Source: the human T2T-CHM13v2.0 reference genome, Homo sapiens. Taken from it: 64,000 bases of DNA. Positions 41,835 to 55,395 of the stretch are shown here, piece after piece. The position numbers were made by a program, and so were the translations under genes. The first letter of the stretch is position 1. Each line of letters begins with the position of its first letter. The stretch lies in NCBI RefSeq assembly GCF_009914755.1, contig NC_060946.1. One strand, 5' to 3'. The notes beneath the pieces are model-generated. The model saw only the letters and a list, made by a program, of their open reading frames with translations. It had not been told where the DNA came from and searched no databases.

Positions 41835-42458
41835 GACACACGTGTGCGTGCACATATGTACATGCATGTGCACACAGGCACACACTGGCATGCACATGTC
41901 CCCACACATGTGGACACACATGCACACTCACAAGTGTCCTCACACGCATCCACATGCACACACGTCATAGCACACATGTACATATATGTCCTCACACACA
42001 TGCACACACGTGTCCTCTCACACACACACTCACATGTGTCCTTACACGCACCTGCACGCACACACGTCCTCTCACACATGCACACACGTGTCCTCTCACA
42101 AATGCACTCACACGTCCTTACACACACGCACATGCATGCACACACAAGTGTCCTCACACAAGTACACACGTGTCCTCACACATGCACACACACGTGTCCT
42201 CACACATTCACACACGTGTCCTCTCACACACTCACGTGTCCTTACTCACATGTGTCCTCACATACATGCCTACACATACAGAAGTGTCCTCAGACACATG
42301 CACACACGTGTCCTCAGACACTCACATGTGTCCTCACACACATGCACACACGTGTCCACACACATACACACACGTCCTCATGCACACACATGCACACTCC
42401 CACGTGTCCTCACACACATGCACACGTGTCCTCCCATGCACACACGTGCGCACACACA
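41835..42458. repeat. CA-rich minisatellite (cacacgtgtcctcacacacatg-like)
   Basis: Direct reading. Confidence 0.93.
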
Positions 42459-42589
42459 GGCTACGAGGTGGGGCTGTCCCCAGGGCTGTGCCTTTTCTTG
42501 GCCATCCTGTCCCACCGCGTCCTGGCCACACTCCCAGCAAGGACTTACCTGACTCAGCTGTTTCTGGACTTCCTACCTGTGCCTCCGTC

Positions 42590-43000
42590 CTGTCTGCCAT
42601 GACTGTACTCCAGGATCACAGCTGATTAGTCATGGATTACTAATATCTGCTAGAGCTAGCCACTCCCTCCTTCCCCTCATTTCTCCTATTTTTGAATCAT
42701 TTTTCCATTTGAAGTTAAAATCCCTTGACTAATCCCAGAGAAAGCAACACATTAGTATTTTGATGGCGATTGCATTCAATTTGCAAATTAACTTGGAAGA
42801 ATAGACATCACTGTCATACTAACTTTTCCTGACCATGTGAATTTCCATTTTTGTTTTTTTCATGAATGTTGTGAAGTTGTCCTCACACAGGTCTCGCCCA
42901 TTTCTTGTTAAATTTATTCATAGGTATTTTATCTCTTTTGTTGCTGTCGTAAACGGGGCCTTGGCTTCCATTGTGTCTTCTAGCTGGTGGTTGTGCATTA
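42590..43000 (-). mobile_element. Ancient L1M ORF2 fragment
   Basis: 'ttttgatggcgattgcattcaatttgcaaattaacttggaagaatagacatc', 'aaatttattcataggtatttt'. Confidence 0.7.
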
Positions 43001-44119
43001 TCGCATTTTGTCTCGTAGCCTGCGTTCCTCTGCGTATGCCTCATTCAGGCTTCAAGATTGGATTCCTTTAAAAGACAAAGACTGTAGCTTCTTTCTCTTC
43101 AAATCCTCCTAGTGTCTGGCTGAAAGTCTTGCCCTTAGTATGGGAAAATGGCTTTTGGAAGTGGATTAGGAAATGAGAGCACGGATCTCGGACAACGGGC
43201 TCAGATCTGCAGGCTCAGTTTCATAATCCGCCAGCTAAGGTTGCGGCACCTGTACCCACAGCACATATGCTGCTCGCAGATTCGGATACACGTGTGGGTG
43301 TGCGCTGTGTGGACGGCGGTGGGGTCCATGTACCTCAGGGGCAGTGCTGCCCCTGGAAATCTCGGGGCTGGCAGGGACTGTCACTACGAGCTGAGACCCA
43401 GGTGTAGACTGGTTCCCAGGTGTGGTCAGAGTCAGCATCCACCAGACTGGAGCGCCCTGGGGTGAAGGCAAGTCCCCAAAGTCAATGTGATGCCCACGTG
43501 CACGTTCTGCCTCTGGAGACAGAAGAGTCTGAGAGGTGGGAGGGGGCCTTGCCAGACCCCTGCCTGGGTCCCTGGCTAACTATGAGGGTTTTGCTTTGGG
43601 GAGTGGCTGAGACTCACACACCTCTGAGCTGGGAGAAGGAGGTGGGAATGAGAAAAGGGAAAGAGGGGGCCAGAAGGAGGCGCAAAACGTCCCTGATGCA
43701 GCGCCGTCCCAGGATGCCTGCAGCACAGGCACGGGGCTCTTGCAGGCTCCTGCGTCCCCAGGGTGGAGCATATGCAGCCTCCGTCACCTAAGACAGCAAA
43801 CACCACGAGAGTGGCAGCCTCACAGTCACCTTGTGTCATCTCCTAGCACAGCAGGTGCACTCCTGGTCTCTGGGCAGCCTGAGAGGCAGGTCTTGCTGGG
43901 TTTACACTAGAGATGAGGAGACAGGAGAGAAACAAAGGAGTTACCCCATGGTCAGGCTCTGGTGGAGGTGTGTTCCTCCTGGTACTTCCCCTCACGCACC
44001 TGCATGACCCCCAGCAGCATCTGTGGCAAGCAGGCCCTGTGCTTGTCCCTGCCAGGCCCCTTCCCCACAGTGTTGGCCCCTCCCGGGCCCTCCGCTGGCC
44101 TCAGCTGCCAGCTGCCCCT

Positions 44120-44243
44120 GAGAATGAGCTCCCTGAGGGCAGGGCTTGGCTCCCTGTACCGTGTACTCCCTTCACCCTAACTGTGGAGGGCACAGAGCAG
44201 GCGCTGGGCACATGTGCATTCAGTGAATGAGTGGATGGATGGA
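44120..44243 (+). mobile_element. L2 3' end
   Basis: 'gagctccctgagggcaggg...ggcacagagcaggcgct...tgaatgagtggatggatgga'. Confidence 0.7.
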
Positions 44244-45842
44244 AGGGGCTGCCTACCTCCCTGGCTTCTCTTCTCGGACAGGTTGCAAGGACTTGGGCCA
44301 TAGCACTGGTCCGCATCCAAGATGTGAGGTCCCACTCAACACTGTCTGTCCATCTCTCCCCCTGCCAGTCCCCGCCCTCGGCCACCAAGCTCAGCCACCA
44401 AGCTCAGCCACTAAGCTCAGCCCTGCCATTTCTGAAGGGGGTGCTCAGAGCCAGAGCTGTGAGGGGCAGCTGTCCACTCCGTGGGGGCACATGGGAGCTA
44501 CCTTGTCCAGGGCTTTGTGCTGGAAGATCTGAGCAGAGCTGGGAGAGTAGGCTGGACACGTGAAGAACAGGTCAAGGGTGGCCTTAGGCACTGGGGGAGC
44601 TTCGTTGTTCTCTGTCACCAGCATAATCTCTCTGAGGGCTCCCACCTTCCACATAGCGGGGGGCGATTTTAGTCATTCATTGCTGGTATTGCAGTACTTC
44701 CTTCCAAGCTATCTCTCTTGGGCGATGCAACTTCTTTTGCATAAATTCCTGGACTTTTAGTTTTTTTTCCCTAATTCCCTGCTCCTCACATGGTGGAGGC
44801 CAGGTGCCTGGGGATAACCCACGATGACTGCCCTGTGCAGATGCTGGGGTCTTAGGGTCTCAGGGCCTCAGCCATCACCAGCCTTGGCCTTGGATCAGCT
44901 CCAGCAGATGGGCCTCGGCAGGCAGGACCCCTCCTTTTGGCTGTTTGGCAGTGCTCGCATCTGGGGACCGTCACTAACCTGCCCCCACCCATGCTGCTGT
45001 CCTGAGTGCCCACCCCCAATCCCAGGTTCTCCAAGGGTTCCCCATGGCCCCTGGTTAGGTTTCCCACAGGGTTCCCCACGGCCCCTCCCTTGTACTAGAG
45101 GGTGTCTGGGCATCCTGGCCATGCCTGGGCAGAAAGCATTGGCAGTACCCCTCCCACATCTACATCTAGAAACTTCTCCGCTGAAGCAGAGCTGCCCCTC
45201 CCACCCATGCACAGAGGACGCAGGACGCCCCTGAGACATGGCAGCCAGGGGCATCCCAGGACCTGAGACGTGGAGCTTCTCATACCCTCTCAGGGGTCTT
45301 CCCAGAGCCCATACCCCCACATGGGGCCCAAGAGCTGGGAGAAGAGAGAGTCTGGCCTCCACTCCTCATCTACCTTGGCGCCCTCCTCCCTCTACACCCC
45401 ACTGGGTAGCATTTCCTCTTTTTCCCCTTCACCATCTAGAAGGGGTTTCCCTGTGAAATAACCTTGGCCTCTGGGCTTCAGCCAGGGACCGGGCCTAGGT
45501 GCTGACCGGGCAGTCAGGGACCCGCGGAATCGGCCCATCTCCCTGGAAGAAACAGAGCAGGCTCTGAGCAGGGAAATGGGGCCTGGCTCCCCCAGGCTGG
45601 ACTGTGTTGAGTGAATGAAGAAATGCAGCCGTGTGGGTGAGTGAGTGAGTCAGTGAGTGAGTGAGTGGCAAGGGGACAAAGCCAGGTCTAGGGGAGTGAC
45701 ACATTTGTCCTCCGGCCCCCAAGACTGAATCTCCATGTGCTCCTCCCGGAGCCCAGTGCTCCCTGCAGAGCTGCAGGGCCTGTGAGTGGAGATGGATGGG
45801 ACAGATCCCTCCTGCCCTGGCCTCCCCGTGGTCTCCTAGACC

Positions 45843-46799
45843 CATGAGCCTCGCCTCCCTTTGGCACTTGTATTAGTCCCTTTCATACTGCTATAAAGAA
45901 CCGCCCAAGACTGGATAATTTATAAAGGAAAGAGGTTTAATGAACCCACAGTTCAGCAAGGCTGGGGAGGCCTCAGGAAACTTCCAGTCATGGTGGAAGG
46001 CGAGGGGGAAGCAAGCACCTTCTTCACAAGGATGCAGGAAGGAGAAGTGCTAAGTGAAGGGGGAAGAGCCCCTTACGAAACCATCAGAACTCATGAGAAC
46101 TCACTCACTATCATGAGAACAGCATGGGGGAAACCGTCCCTAGGATTCAGTTCCCTCCACCTGGTCTCTCCCTTGACACGTGGAGATTACGGGGATTGCA
46201 GTTCAATATGAGATTTGGGTGAGATAGGAAACCAACCATATCAGAGACTTGGCTGCCCAAGTCTCTGGCTAAAGTCACGGAAACTCCTTGGGCTTCAGGG
46301 GTGCATGGATGGGAGGACGACTCCTGCTTTCAGTGAACTCATCTGAGGAAGCGGCTGGCCAGCAGGATCTAGAGTTGCTTGGACAGGAGTGGGAGAGGAA
46401 GGGGTATTTTTAAATATGAGGGATGCGTTGAAGGACCACAAACCCACACTCCAGGAACACCAGGGCCCCTCAACTTCCTTCTTAGCAATGCTCGAATTCC
46501 AGCCAGGCTGTTCCAAGTCCCAGGACCCCCTGAGTGGCCTCTATCCCTCCCGCTGTATCCTGGGGGCTCTGGTCTTCAGCTTCTTGGGCTGTGCTAGGGG
46601 AGGATCTGCAGATGGAGCTGGGGGATGGTTCCAGGGAGGAAAGGGGATCCTCTGGCCTTCCACAGTGAGGGTTTGTCTTACTCCTCAAAGCTCCCTCAAA
46701 GGATGGTTCAAGTCACTTGCCTGGCAGACAAGAGGGATTCAGTCCCAGGTGGGGGATAGGGTGTGGCTTTTCCATCTCTCTCTCTCCATGCTGTTCCTG
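45843..46799 (+). repeat. Inverted duplication B, left arm (~0.96 kb)
   Basis: Reverse complement of 57656-58626; paralogous ORFs 45990-46211(+) and 58258-58479(-) differ at 3 of 73 aa. Confidence 0.97.
45869..46243 (-). mobile_element. THE1 (C/D-like) MaLR solo LTR, copy 1
   Basis: tgtattagtcc...aaccatatca termini. Confidence 0.95.
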
Positions 46800-48104
46800 C
46801 GCCCGTCTCCACATGAGACCCCACATCACATTCTCACTCCCGCCACCACACACAGAAGGGGCTGTGTTGCTGGAGCACCTCCCCTAACTTGTATCTGCAT
46901 CAGAGCTGCCCTGCGGGGGCTGGCATGGGGTGCTCCACGCTGCAGGATGGCACCTTTCATTCCACAGACCTCGCTCCTGGTTCCAGCTCCATCCACTCCT
47001 CTGAACAGAACCCAAGCTTCCGCTAATGGTGCCTGTTTAGTGCTTACCAGAGGATTATGCTAAAATACGTTTTTTTTTTTCTTAAATAGAAGTAGATAAT
47101 CTCCAAACCCGTGTTTTCTTGCCTTTCCCTGTCTTGTCTTTGCACAGGAGGGTCTTGAGGAAAATGCCCTGGTGCGGGCTGCGCCCTCTGCTGTCACCTG
47201 CGGGCATGGGGGTGGCTTCCAACGGGCTTGGGAGCTGGGCCCAGGTGGCACCGTGTGGGCCTGAGCCACGCGTCCTCCATCCCCGCCAGGCTTTGAAAGC
47301 GTGCGCCCCACTGCGTGTGGAGGGCCCCACAGGTTGCCCAATGTAAGCCGCTCTTAATACTTGACAGACAGGACACCTGTAGCTGGGAATGACACAGAAA
47401 GTTAGTATTTGCAGGAAGGATAGAAAGGTGGAAATGCTCACGTTGTGGTTTTCCTGTCCGCGCTGCCGTTTCCCCACCTGGCCAGAAGGAAGCTGAGGTT
47501 CAGGTGCATCTGGCCGCCACGCCCCCATCTCCCACAGGGGCCCGACACCTGCAGTCCCCAACTGCCCCACCTCTCTGCTCTCAAACACCCCAGCCCAAGG
47601 CAAAAGGCCCGTCGCCCCTTTGTTCCACGGGCACGTGCTCCCCCACCTCCCTGGAAGCTCCCGGGCCCTGGCTTCCCAGCCTCGCGTTTCCCTTTTCTTA
47701 CTCTGATCTCCGTGTGTGACAAGCATGTTCGGCTCTCAGAGTGTCTTGAGTCTCACCTGCAGCCTCAAATGCTGTGGACAGCAAGAGCGCCGGCTACTGA
47801 GGTCCACCCCCATTCCAGCTTCCATTTTGCCTTCCTGCAGTCCTGGAATCCTTTATTGGATGCCAACTGTATGCACTTCCATTAAAGAGAAAGTGTGAGC
47901 CCACTGGCTGGCTGCATGGTGGGGATTCCTGGACAGTGACGTGGTCCTGCCTTTGAGGAGCCGGAGGAAGGAGGGATAGGCAGGCTGCTGGGGCATTCTA
48001 ACACAGGAGGTGGGGCTGAGATAAAAGCGAGCCCCAGCCAGGGGATAGGAGATCCTGGAGGCTTCCCCAGAGGGTGGCTCAGGGGCTGAATCCCAGGAGA
48101 TGAG

Positions 48105-48468
48105 AGGTATGGGGTTTGGGGTGCAGGATGTGGAGTGCAGGATGTGGAGTGTGGGGTGCAGAATGTGGGGGGCAGGGTGTGCGGTGTGAGGTGTGGGATG
48201 TGGGGTGTGAGGTTTGGGGTGCAGAATGTGGGATTTGGGGTTTTGGGTACAGAATGTGGGGTGCAGGGTGTGGGGTGTGGAATGTGGGGTGTGGTGTTGG
48301 GGGTACAGAACGTGGGGTTTGGGTTTTGGGTACAGAATGTCGGGGGCAGGGTGTGGGGTGTGGAGTGCGGGATGTGGGGCATGGCGTTTGGGGTACAGAA
48401 TGTGGGATTTGGGTTTTGGGTACAGAATGCAGGGTGTGGGGTGCAGGGTGTGGATGTGGGTGTGGAGC
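48105..48468. repeat. G/T-rich minisatellite (ggggtRcagaatgtgggg..)
   Basis: Direct reading. Confidence 0.92.
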
Positions 48469-48809
48469 GGGTACAGCAGCGGGTCCTCCTGTGGGCTGGT
48501 GGCCTTGAGGCCAGGTAGGAGGAAGTGGCCGACACCTGGAGCAGGCACTGCCTCGGCTCCTTCACCATCCAGGCCTGAGCCCTCGGGGCAGCTGCTGGCA
48601 GGGGGCACCTTTGTGCAGGGACAGGAATGTGTGCCATGGAGCCGCCTGGGGCCTCACATTGAGGACACACAGCCTCTTCTGAGGGCAGAGGCCCAGCCCA
48701 CAGCCCTGCACCCCACAGCGCCTCAACACACCCCACCTCCAGGTGAACTGGGCGTGTCAGACAGGACGCACTTGTCAGCGGGTTTGAGTAAAAGTGACAT
48801 TCCTGAGGA

Positions 48810-49030
48810 GAATATTTTTAACAGATTATTCATTTGCTGAAAACCAGCAGCTGATAAATATTGAATTGCACTTCTTCACAAATACACCAATTATCTCCCC
48901 AAAAGCAGGAATTAGTGCTGCATAGCGTTGCATTAATAAATGTCATTCAGCTAATTGAATTTCTTGATTGACTAAAATATTCCCTGTTCTGAAATTCAGT
49001 CAGACAACAGGGAGGTTTCCATGGCGACAG
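48810..49030. promoter_or_regulatory. Candidate conserved enhancer
   Basis: Unique AT-rich island; TAAT clusters, TGATTGAC 48965-48972, X-box GTTTCCATGGCGAC 49015-49028. Confidence 0.4.
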
Positions 49031-49779
49031 CTCTTCCCGGGTGGCGAGGTGGGGAGCAGTCGCCCTCCCTCCTGCTGGGAGAACCCCGAGAGGTTCGAGG
49101 GTTCCCCTCCAGTGAGCAGGGTGAGGGCAGGGCAGCCCCGCTGGTGGGTGCTTCATCGGGGTGGACGTTAGCGCTGGGGAGCCCGGACCCCTTGGACACC
49201 TGGCCTCACTGTCCTCAGTCTATTGCTTCTGCCTCTTCTCCTTAGAGATATGGAGCGGCCTTCCCCATCCCGTCTTCCTATCCCATCGCCCAGTGTGGAG
49301 ACCTCCAGGGCTCCCGTGTGCTAGGAGGAGGAGCTCGCACCCTAGGCCTCTATGCCCCTGGCCCTGCTGTCCTGCGGCCTGGGTTCCCTGACCCACCCTT
49401 GTCGTTGGAAAGTCCCACTCACTCTTCATACTTGGGGCCTCCAACTCGCCAAAGGCTGAGGGGGGCTGCTGAGGCAGGAGTCACTTCCTTCCCCAGCACC
49501 CAGCGCCAAAAACCTTCCTCCCTCCAGCCTCTCTCTTCCTTTCCTCCTTCCCCTCTCCCTCCCTCTCTGTCCTCCTTCTGTCCACAAGTATTTGGGAACC
49601 CACTGTACCACGATGTCCTCTTACACATTGGCCACCCACCCACACATGGCTGGGGCTCCGTCTTCTCCTGGCATCCAGCACCTGCCCTTGCATGTGGAAT
49701 AGGGTGTTAAAACCTGTCCTGCCTGGGGACCACTCTTCTGGATCCTGCACTTGGCAATCTGTCCCTGTCCTATTTTCTG

Positions 49780-50200
49780 GGATCTCATTTCTCCAGTTTT
49801 CCCTCTTCTCTGTCTTCAAACGTTTCCATCTCCTGGTCCACTCTGCCAAGCTGCTAAATGGGTTCACGTGTCTTCCACCTTAAAACCAATCACAAAAGCA
49901 AACAGGAGCCTTCTTACTTCTACATCTCTGACCTGCCAGGCCCTCTCTCATCCTTCCTAGCCAACCCCTGTGGGAAAGCCGTCTTCCTGTCCAATGCCCT
50001 CTCCATCGGCCACCAGACCACCCAGCCTCAGCCCTAGACCACCCAAGCTGGAATCTGTTCTTGCCAAGGCCACTGCAAGACTCTTCTGATCCTCCAGTGA
50101 CCGCTACTGAGTCTGGTCTTCAGGCCGAGGAACAGCTGCTTCTCTTCCTGCCTCCCTCGGTGCCCTCGTCGTAGGCAGTGCCTCCTTGTCCAATCTTCCC
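49780..50200 (+). mobile_element. L2 fragment
   Basis: Pyrimidine-rich; 'ctgttcttgccaaggccactgcaagactc' L2-like. Confidence 0.45.
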
Positions 50201-50989
50201 CACCCCAAGTAGAGAGGCCCTGCGAGGGGCCGGGGTCGGGCCATTAGCTGCTTTTACCCACTAGAAACTGCAGGGCAAAGGCAGATGGAAGTGAGGAGGT
50301 CAGAATATCTGTTTGCCACGTGAGACCGTGTGCTCCGTTCCTGAGAATCACGCCCATGTTCACTCTCGGCCGTGTCCAGCCGTCCCTGGAACAGACCGAT
50401 TTGGCCGCATTCGCGTGTCAGGGGTTTTTGAGCACCTGGGGCGTTCAGTGCTGGGGGTCAGAGACACTGCCTCCCTCCCTCCTGCGAGGACAGACACAGA
50501 GGCCCCAGCGTCGGGGACGGGTTGGCAGCCTGCCCCATCCCCATGCTCCTGGGGCTGCGCGCCCACCCTGCCGACAGCCTTTGCAGCCTGGAGTCCGATC
50601 CAGGTGAGGAGAATCGTGCAGCGTTGTCATCTGTTTTTATGAAGGGCTGGAGAAGTGCCATGAGCCATTAGCTCCAGGCAGGTGGGGCAGCCACAGGTGA
50701 GCTCAATCCTACACTCTGCACACAGGAGGTTCCAAGCACATGCTGATGATTTCCCTGGGGATCCGAACAGGCTGCTCTTCCCCCCTGGCTCTCATAAAAC
50801 GGGAACTGTCCGTACAATGTTCACAAAGTGCTGAGAGATTTGACCCCGACACTGGAGCCACTAGGCCTTGTCTAGACCACGGCGGGTCCCAGTCCTTGGG
50901 AAGGAGGGGGTATGGTGCTCTCCCTCTCTGGCCCAGTGCTGGGAAGGAAAGTGAGGGACTGGGACCACACAAGTCCCTCCCTGCACTTT

Positions 50990-51720
<731 letters not shown>

Positions 51721-51727
51721 ATGAGCA

Positions 51728-52003
51728 GCAGCTCCACTTGATCTAAGGTTTTGTTTCCACACTTTCGGGTATTGATGGTTTCACTTATCCGAGGCCAACC
51801 ATGGTCCAAAAATATTAAATGGAACATTTCAGAAATAAAAACTCATAAATTGAAATGGCGTGCCATTCTGCATAGCACGATGGGATTTTGTACCATCCCA
51901 CTCCGTCCTGCCCAGGACGTGACTTACCCCTCTGTCCTGGGTTTCCAGTCTCTGCACACTACCCGCCCACTAGTACCTGAGTAGCCATCTCAGCTATCAG
52001 ATA
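51728..52003 (+). mobile_element. MER44/Tigger7-like fragment
   Basis: 'caaccatggtccaaaaatattaaatggaacatttcagaaataaa...cgtgccattctg'. Confidence 0.75.
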
Positions 52004-52039
52004 CATTAAAAAAAAAAAAAAAAAAAAAAACCACATAAT

Positions 52040-52989
52040 AAGTAAGTCCTCCCTTATTGTAAAATAGAAATTTGTAAAGTCTATGACAATCACACAAATG
52101 CATGACGATAAAGATTATAATAGGAAGCGCTCAGCAAGCTGCCTTACCTGTGACGGTTTGTGAGCAACCATGAAGCTCATAAACCTATCAGGTGATAGCT
52201 TCTTGGAAACTGTGACTTTAACCCAAACAAAGCAAAGCAAAACCAATTTTATGGCTTGATTTTAAAAAGAGCTAAGTTCCAGTGGTGTATTTCTGGTCAC
52301 AAAACATCATTAACTTCTAAATGAAGATCCAGAATACTTCTGGTATTAAACATTAAAATAAATTTAAGCCATATATAGATTTAAGAAAGATTAATGAAAA
52401 CAAGCAAGATGACTATCTACCTAATTGTTGGGGAGTTGGTGAGTGGCGGTGGTCACGTGCTGGTGGGTTAAACCAAAGAACAAATGTTTGCAAAGGGAAA
52501 ATTGTAAGAAGCACCTCCTGCCCCCGCACAGCTCAGAAACCAGCACAGAGACGGTGGCTCGCCGAGCGCTTTCCTACCACATCCTTTACTGTCACACATT
52601 TGTGTAATTATCGTAGACTTTACAAATTTTTATTTTACAATAATTTGTATTAATTCATTCATTCATTCCTTCATTTTCCAGCATGCTTATTCCAGCTGAG
52701 AGCACAGGCAGGAACCAGCCCTGAACAGGACGCCCTCCTCACCAGGCGACCCCCACACACCCTCACTCACTCACACCGGGACCGTGTAGACGCACCAACT
52801 CATTGAATGTGCACACCTGTGGGAGGTGGGAGAAAGCCGGAGCACCTGGAAAAAACCCTCGCAGACAAGAGGAGAACATGCGAGTTCCACACACACACAG
52901 AGGAGATGACAGGGAATCAATGTTCTTTTTCTCATCAACATTATAACAAGACAGCGTTGGACAAAATGATGTTGTTTGAGGATCTGCTG
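52040..52989 (-). mobile_element. MER6 (TcMar-Tigger) with internal inverted insertion
   Basis: Ends agtaagtcctc / gaggatctgctg; contains the MER6 segment 'gggagaaagccggagcacctggaaaaaaccc..gagaacatgc'. Confidence 0.85.
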
Positions 52990-52991
52990 TG

Positions 52992-53400
52992 CATGACATG
53001 CTGGAAAAGGCATAACTATGGGGCCAGTACGGAAATCAATAGTTACTAAGGGCTGGTGAGGAGGGAGGGATGAAGAGGGGCAGCTCGGAGGGTCTGGGGG
53101 CCCTGGATGAGGCTGCAGTGCTGGATTCAGTCCACGCACCTTGTCAAAGCCCACATCACCGCGACAGTGAGCCCTACTGTGACACTCAGGCAGAGAGTGA
53201 GCCCTACTGTGAGCCAGGTGCGTTGGGCCATAATGATGCGTGGATGTTTGCTCATCAGTTCTACCAAATACAACTTCTCATGGGACGTGTCGATAATGGG
53301 GGAGTCTATGCATTTGCGGGGCCAGGGGCTGCATGGAATATCTCTGTACCTTTGCTCAGTTTTGCTGTTCTGAACCTAAAACTGTTCTAAAAGGTAGACT
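52992..53400 (+). mobile_element. L1MC 3' end
   Basis: 'ggaaaaggcataactatgg...atctctgtaccttt..agttttgctg..aacctaaaactgttctaaaa'. Confidence 0.8.
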
Positions 53401-53401
53401 T

Positions 53402-53707
<306 letters not shown>

Positions 53708-54289
53708 AAAAGGTAGACTTAAAATAAGATAGACTTAAAATAAACAAACAGACAAACACACCAGGGAGCTGACCAGCTAATCCAGTCCATGAGCCTCTAA
53801 TGAACTCACGGGGGCTGGAGGCAAAGGGGAAGGCCTCTGCGTGCTGACTCCGCCCTTGGATGCCACTGCTCACGGCCATCTCTGGGAGGTGGCAGGTCCC
53901 TCGCAGGAGCAGGCCTGTGCAGGCATTTCTGTATTTTTTTCCAGGGAGTTTTGTTTCAAGGCTGACATTAGCAGGCTGTGGTATATGCACTGATTCCATT
54001 GGTGGCAGACCTGAGTGACCGGTGGGCTCCACTCCCTTCCAGAAATGCATGCCCTTGGCAGAGCTGCTGGCCTCCCTCAGTCCCTGGGAAGTGCTGGCTG
54101 TGAAACCTGGGCCTCCAGGCTGTCCGGGGCTGGGCTGAGCAGCTGTCCCCATGAGGCAGATTGATGAGTCTGGATTTTGTGCCCAGAGCAACAGTGCAAT
54201 GAGGTGACATGCAGTTGCTTTCAGTGAGAATGTGTCTAGGACCTCAGAGTGGTTACGATGACACTCGCGTCTAAAAGTCCTGAGGAGTG

Positions 54290-54660
54290 TGCAGAGAGAG
54301 GGAGCTGGGAGGGCAGATGGGTGTGTGCGAGAGGAGTGGGGACCGGAGAGCGGAGAGTGCTCAGTGGGGTGGGGACAGAGTGAAAGGGAGATGGGGAGAG
54401 AGAGGGAGAAAGTTGGGAGAGAGGAAGAAAGGGCAGAGAGAGAAAGAAAGGGACAGAGGGAGACAGAGATGGAGAAAGCAGGTGGAGAGGGAGAAAGGGC
54501 AGAGGGAAATGGATACAGGGAGAGAGGGAGAGAGCCAGAGAAAAAGAGGTGGGGACAGAAAGGGAGAAAGGGGAGAGAAGGAGAGAGAGAAATAGAGAGA
54601 TAAAGGGAGAGAGGAAGACAGTGGGGAGGGAGAGAGAGGATAGAGAAGAGGAAACAGTGG
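54290..54660. repeat. GA-rich low complexity
   Basis: Direct reading. Confidence 0.9.
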
Positions 54661-55033
54661 CCTTGGGGTGAGCCTGAGGAGGGACACTGGCTCCTGGTCA
54701 GTAGCAGGAGCAGCTGTGGGTGGCAGTGCCATTACTGGGACAGGGAAGATGGATGAAGGGAAAATCAGAGGTGGGAGATGAGAGGAGCTGTAGCCACGGC
54801 GACAGCACCTTCAGAGCAGACAGTCCTGCCAGCTGCCTGGGCTCTGGGGAGGGTGTGGACTCCACAGGCACCTCTGGGAGTCAGGGGCATGAGTGGTGCT
54901 TAAAGCCACAGGGAAGCTCAAAGCCACTCAGGGAGTCGTGGGCAGGGAAAGGCGCCTCAGAGAGCCCAGCTGTGTGCAAAGGAGGGAGGTGAGGAGGAGC
55001 CGCAGAGGAGACTGGCCAGGAGCACCCGAGGAG

Positions 55034-55395
55034 GAGGGAGGGGAGGAAGGCGGTGGGGAGGAGGGAGGTGAGGAGGAGGGAGGTGAGGAGGAGGGAGGTG
55101 AAGAGGAGGGAGGTGAGGAGGGAGGTGAAGAGGAGGGAGGTGAGGAGGAGGGAGGTGAGGAGGAGGGAGGTGAGGAGGGAGGTGAAGAGGAGGGAGGTGA
55201 GGAGGAGGGAGGTGAGGAGGAGGGAGGTGAGGAGGAGGGAGGTGAGGAGGAGGGAGGTGGGGAGGAGGGAGGTGAGGAGGGAGGTGAAGAGGAGGGAGGT
55301 GGGGAGGAGGGAGGTGAGGAGGGAGGTGAAGAGGAGGGAGGTGAGGAGGAGGGAGGTGAGGAGGAGGGAGGTGAGGAGGAGGGAGGTGAGGAGGA
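55034..55395. repeat. Purine-rich VNTR, 15/12-bp units (gaggagggaggtgag)
   Basis: Direct reading. Confidence 0.97.

Noticed and set aside
41685-42625. Long His/Thr/Cys-rich ORFs (305, 271, 188 aa)
   Set aside because: Translations of a CA-rich minisatellite, open in several frames and on both strands
40608-48610. CTCF-like motifs at ~40611 (ccactagatggagg) and ~48595 (ctggcagggggcac)
   Set aside because: Each has a core mismatch, and such matches are expected by chance in GC-rich DNA
47853-48840. ORFs of 208-284 aa
   Set aside because: G/T-rich minisatellite lacking stop codons
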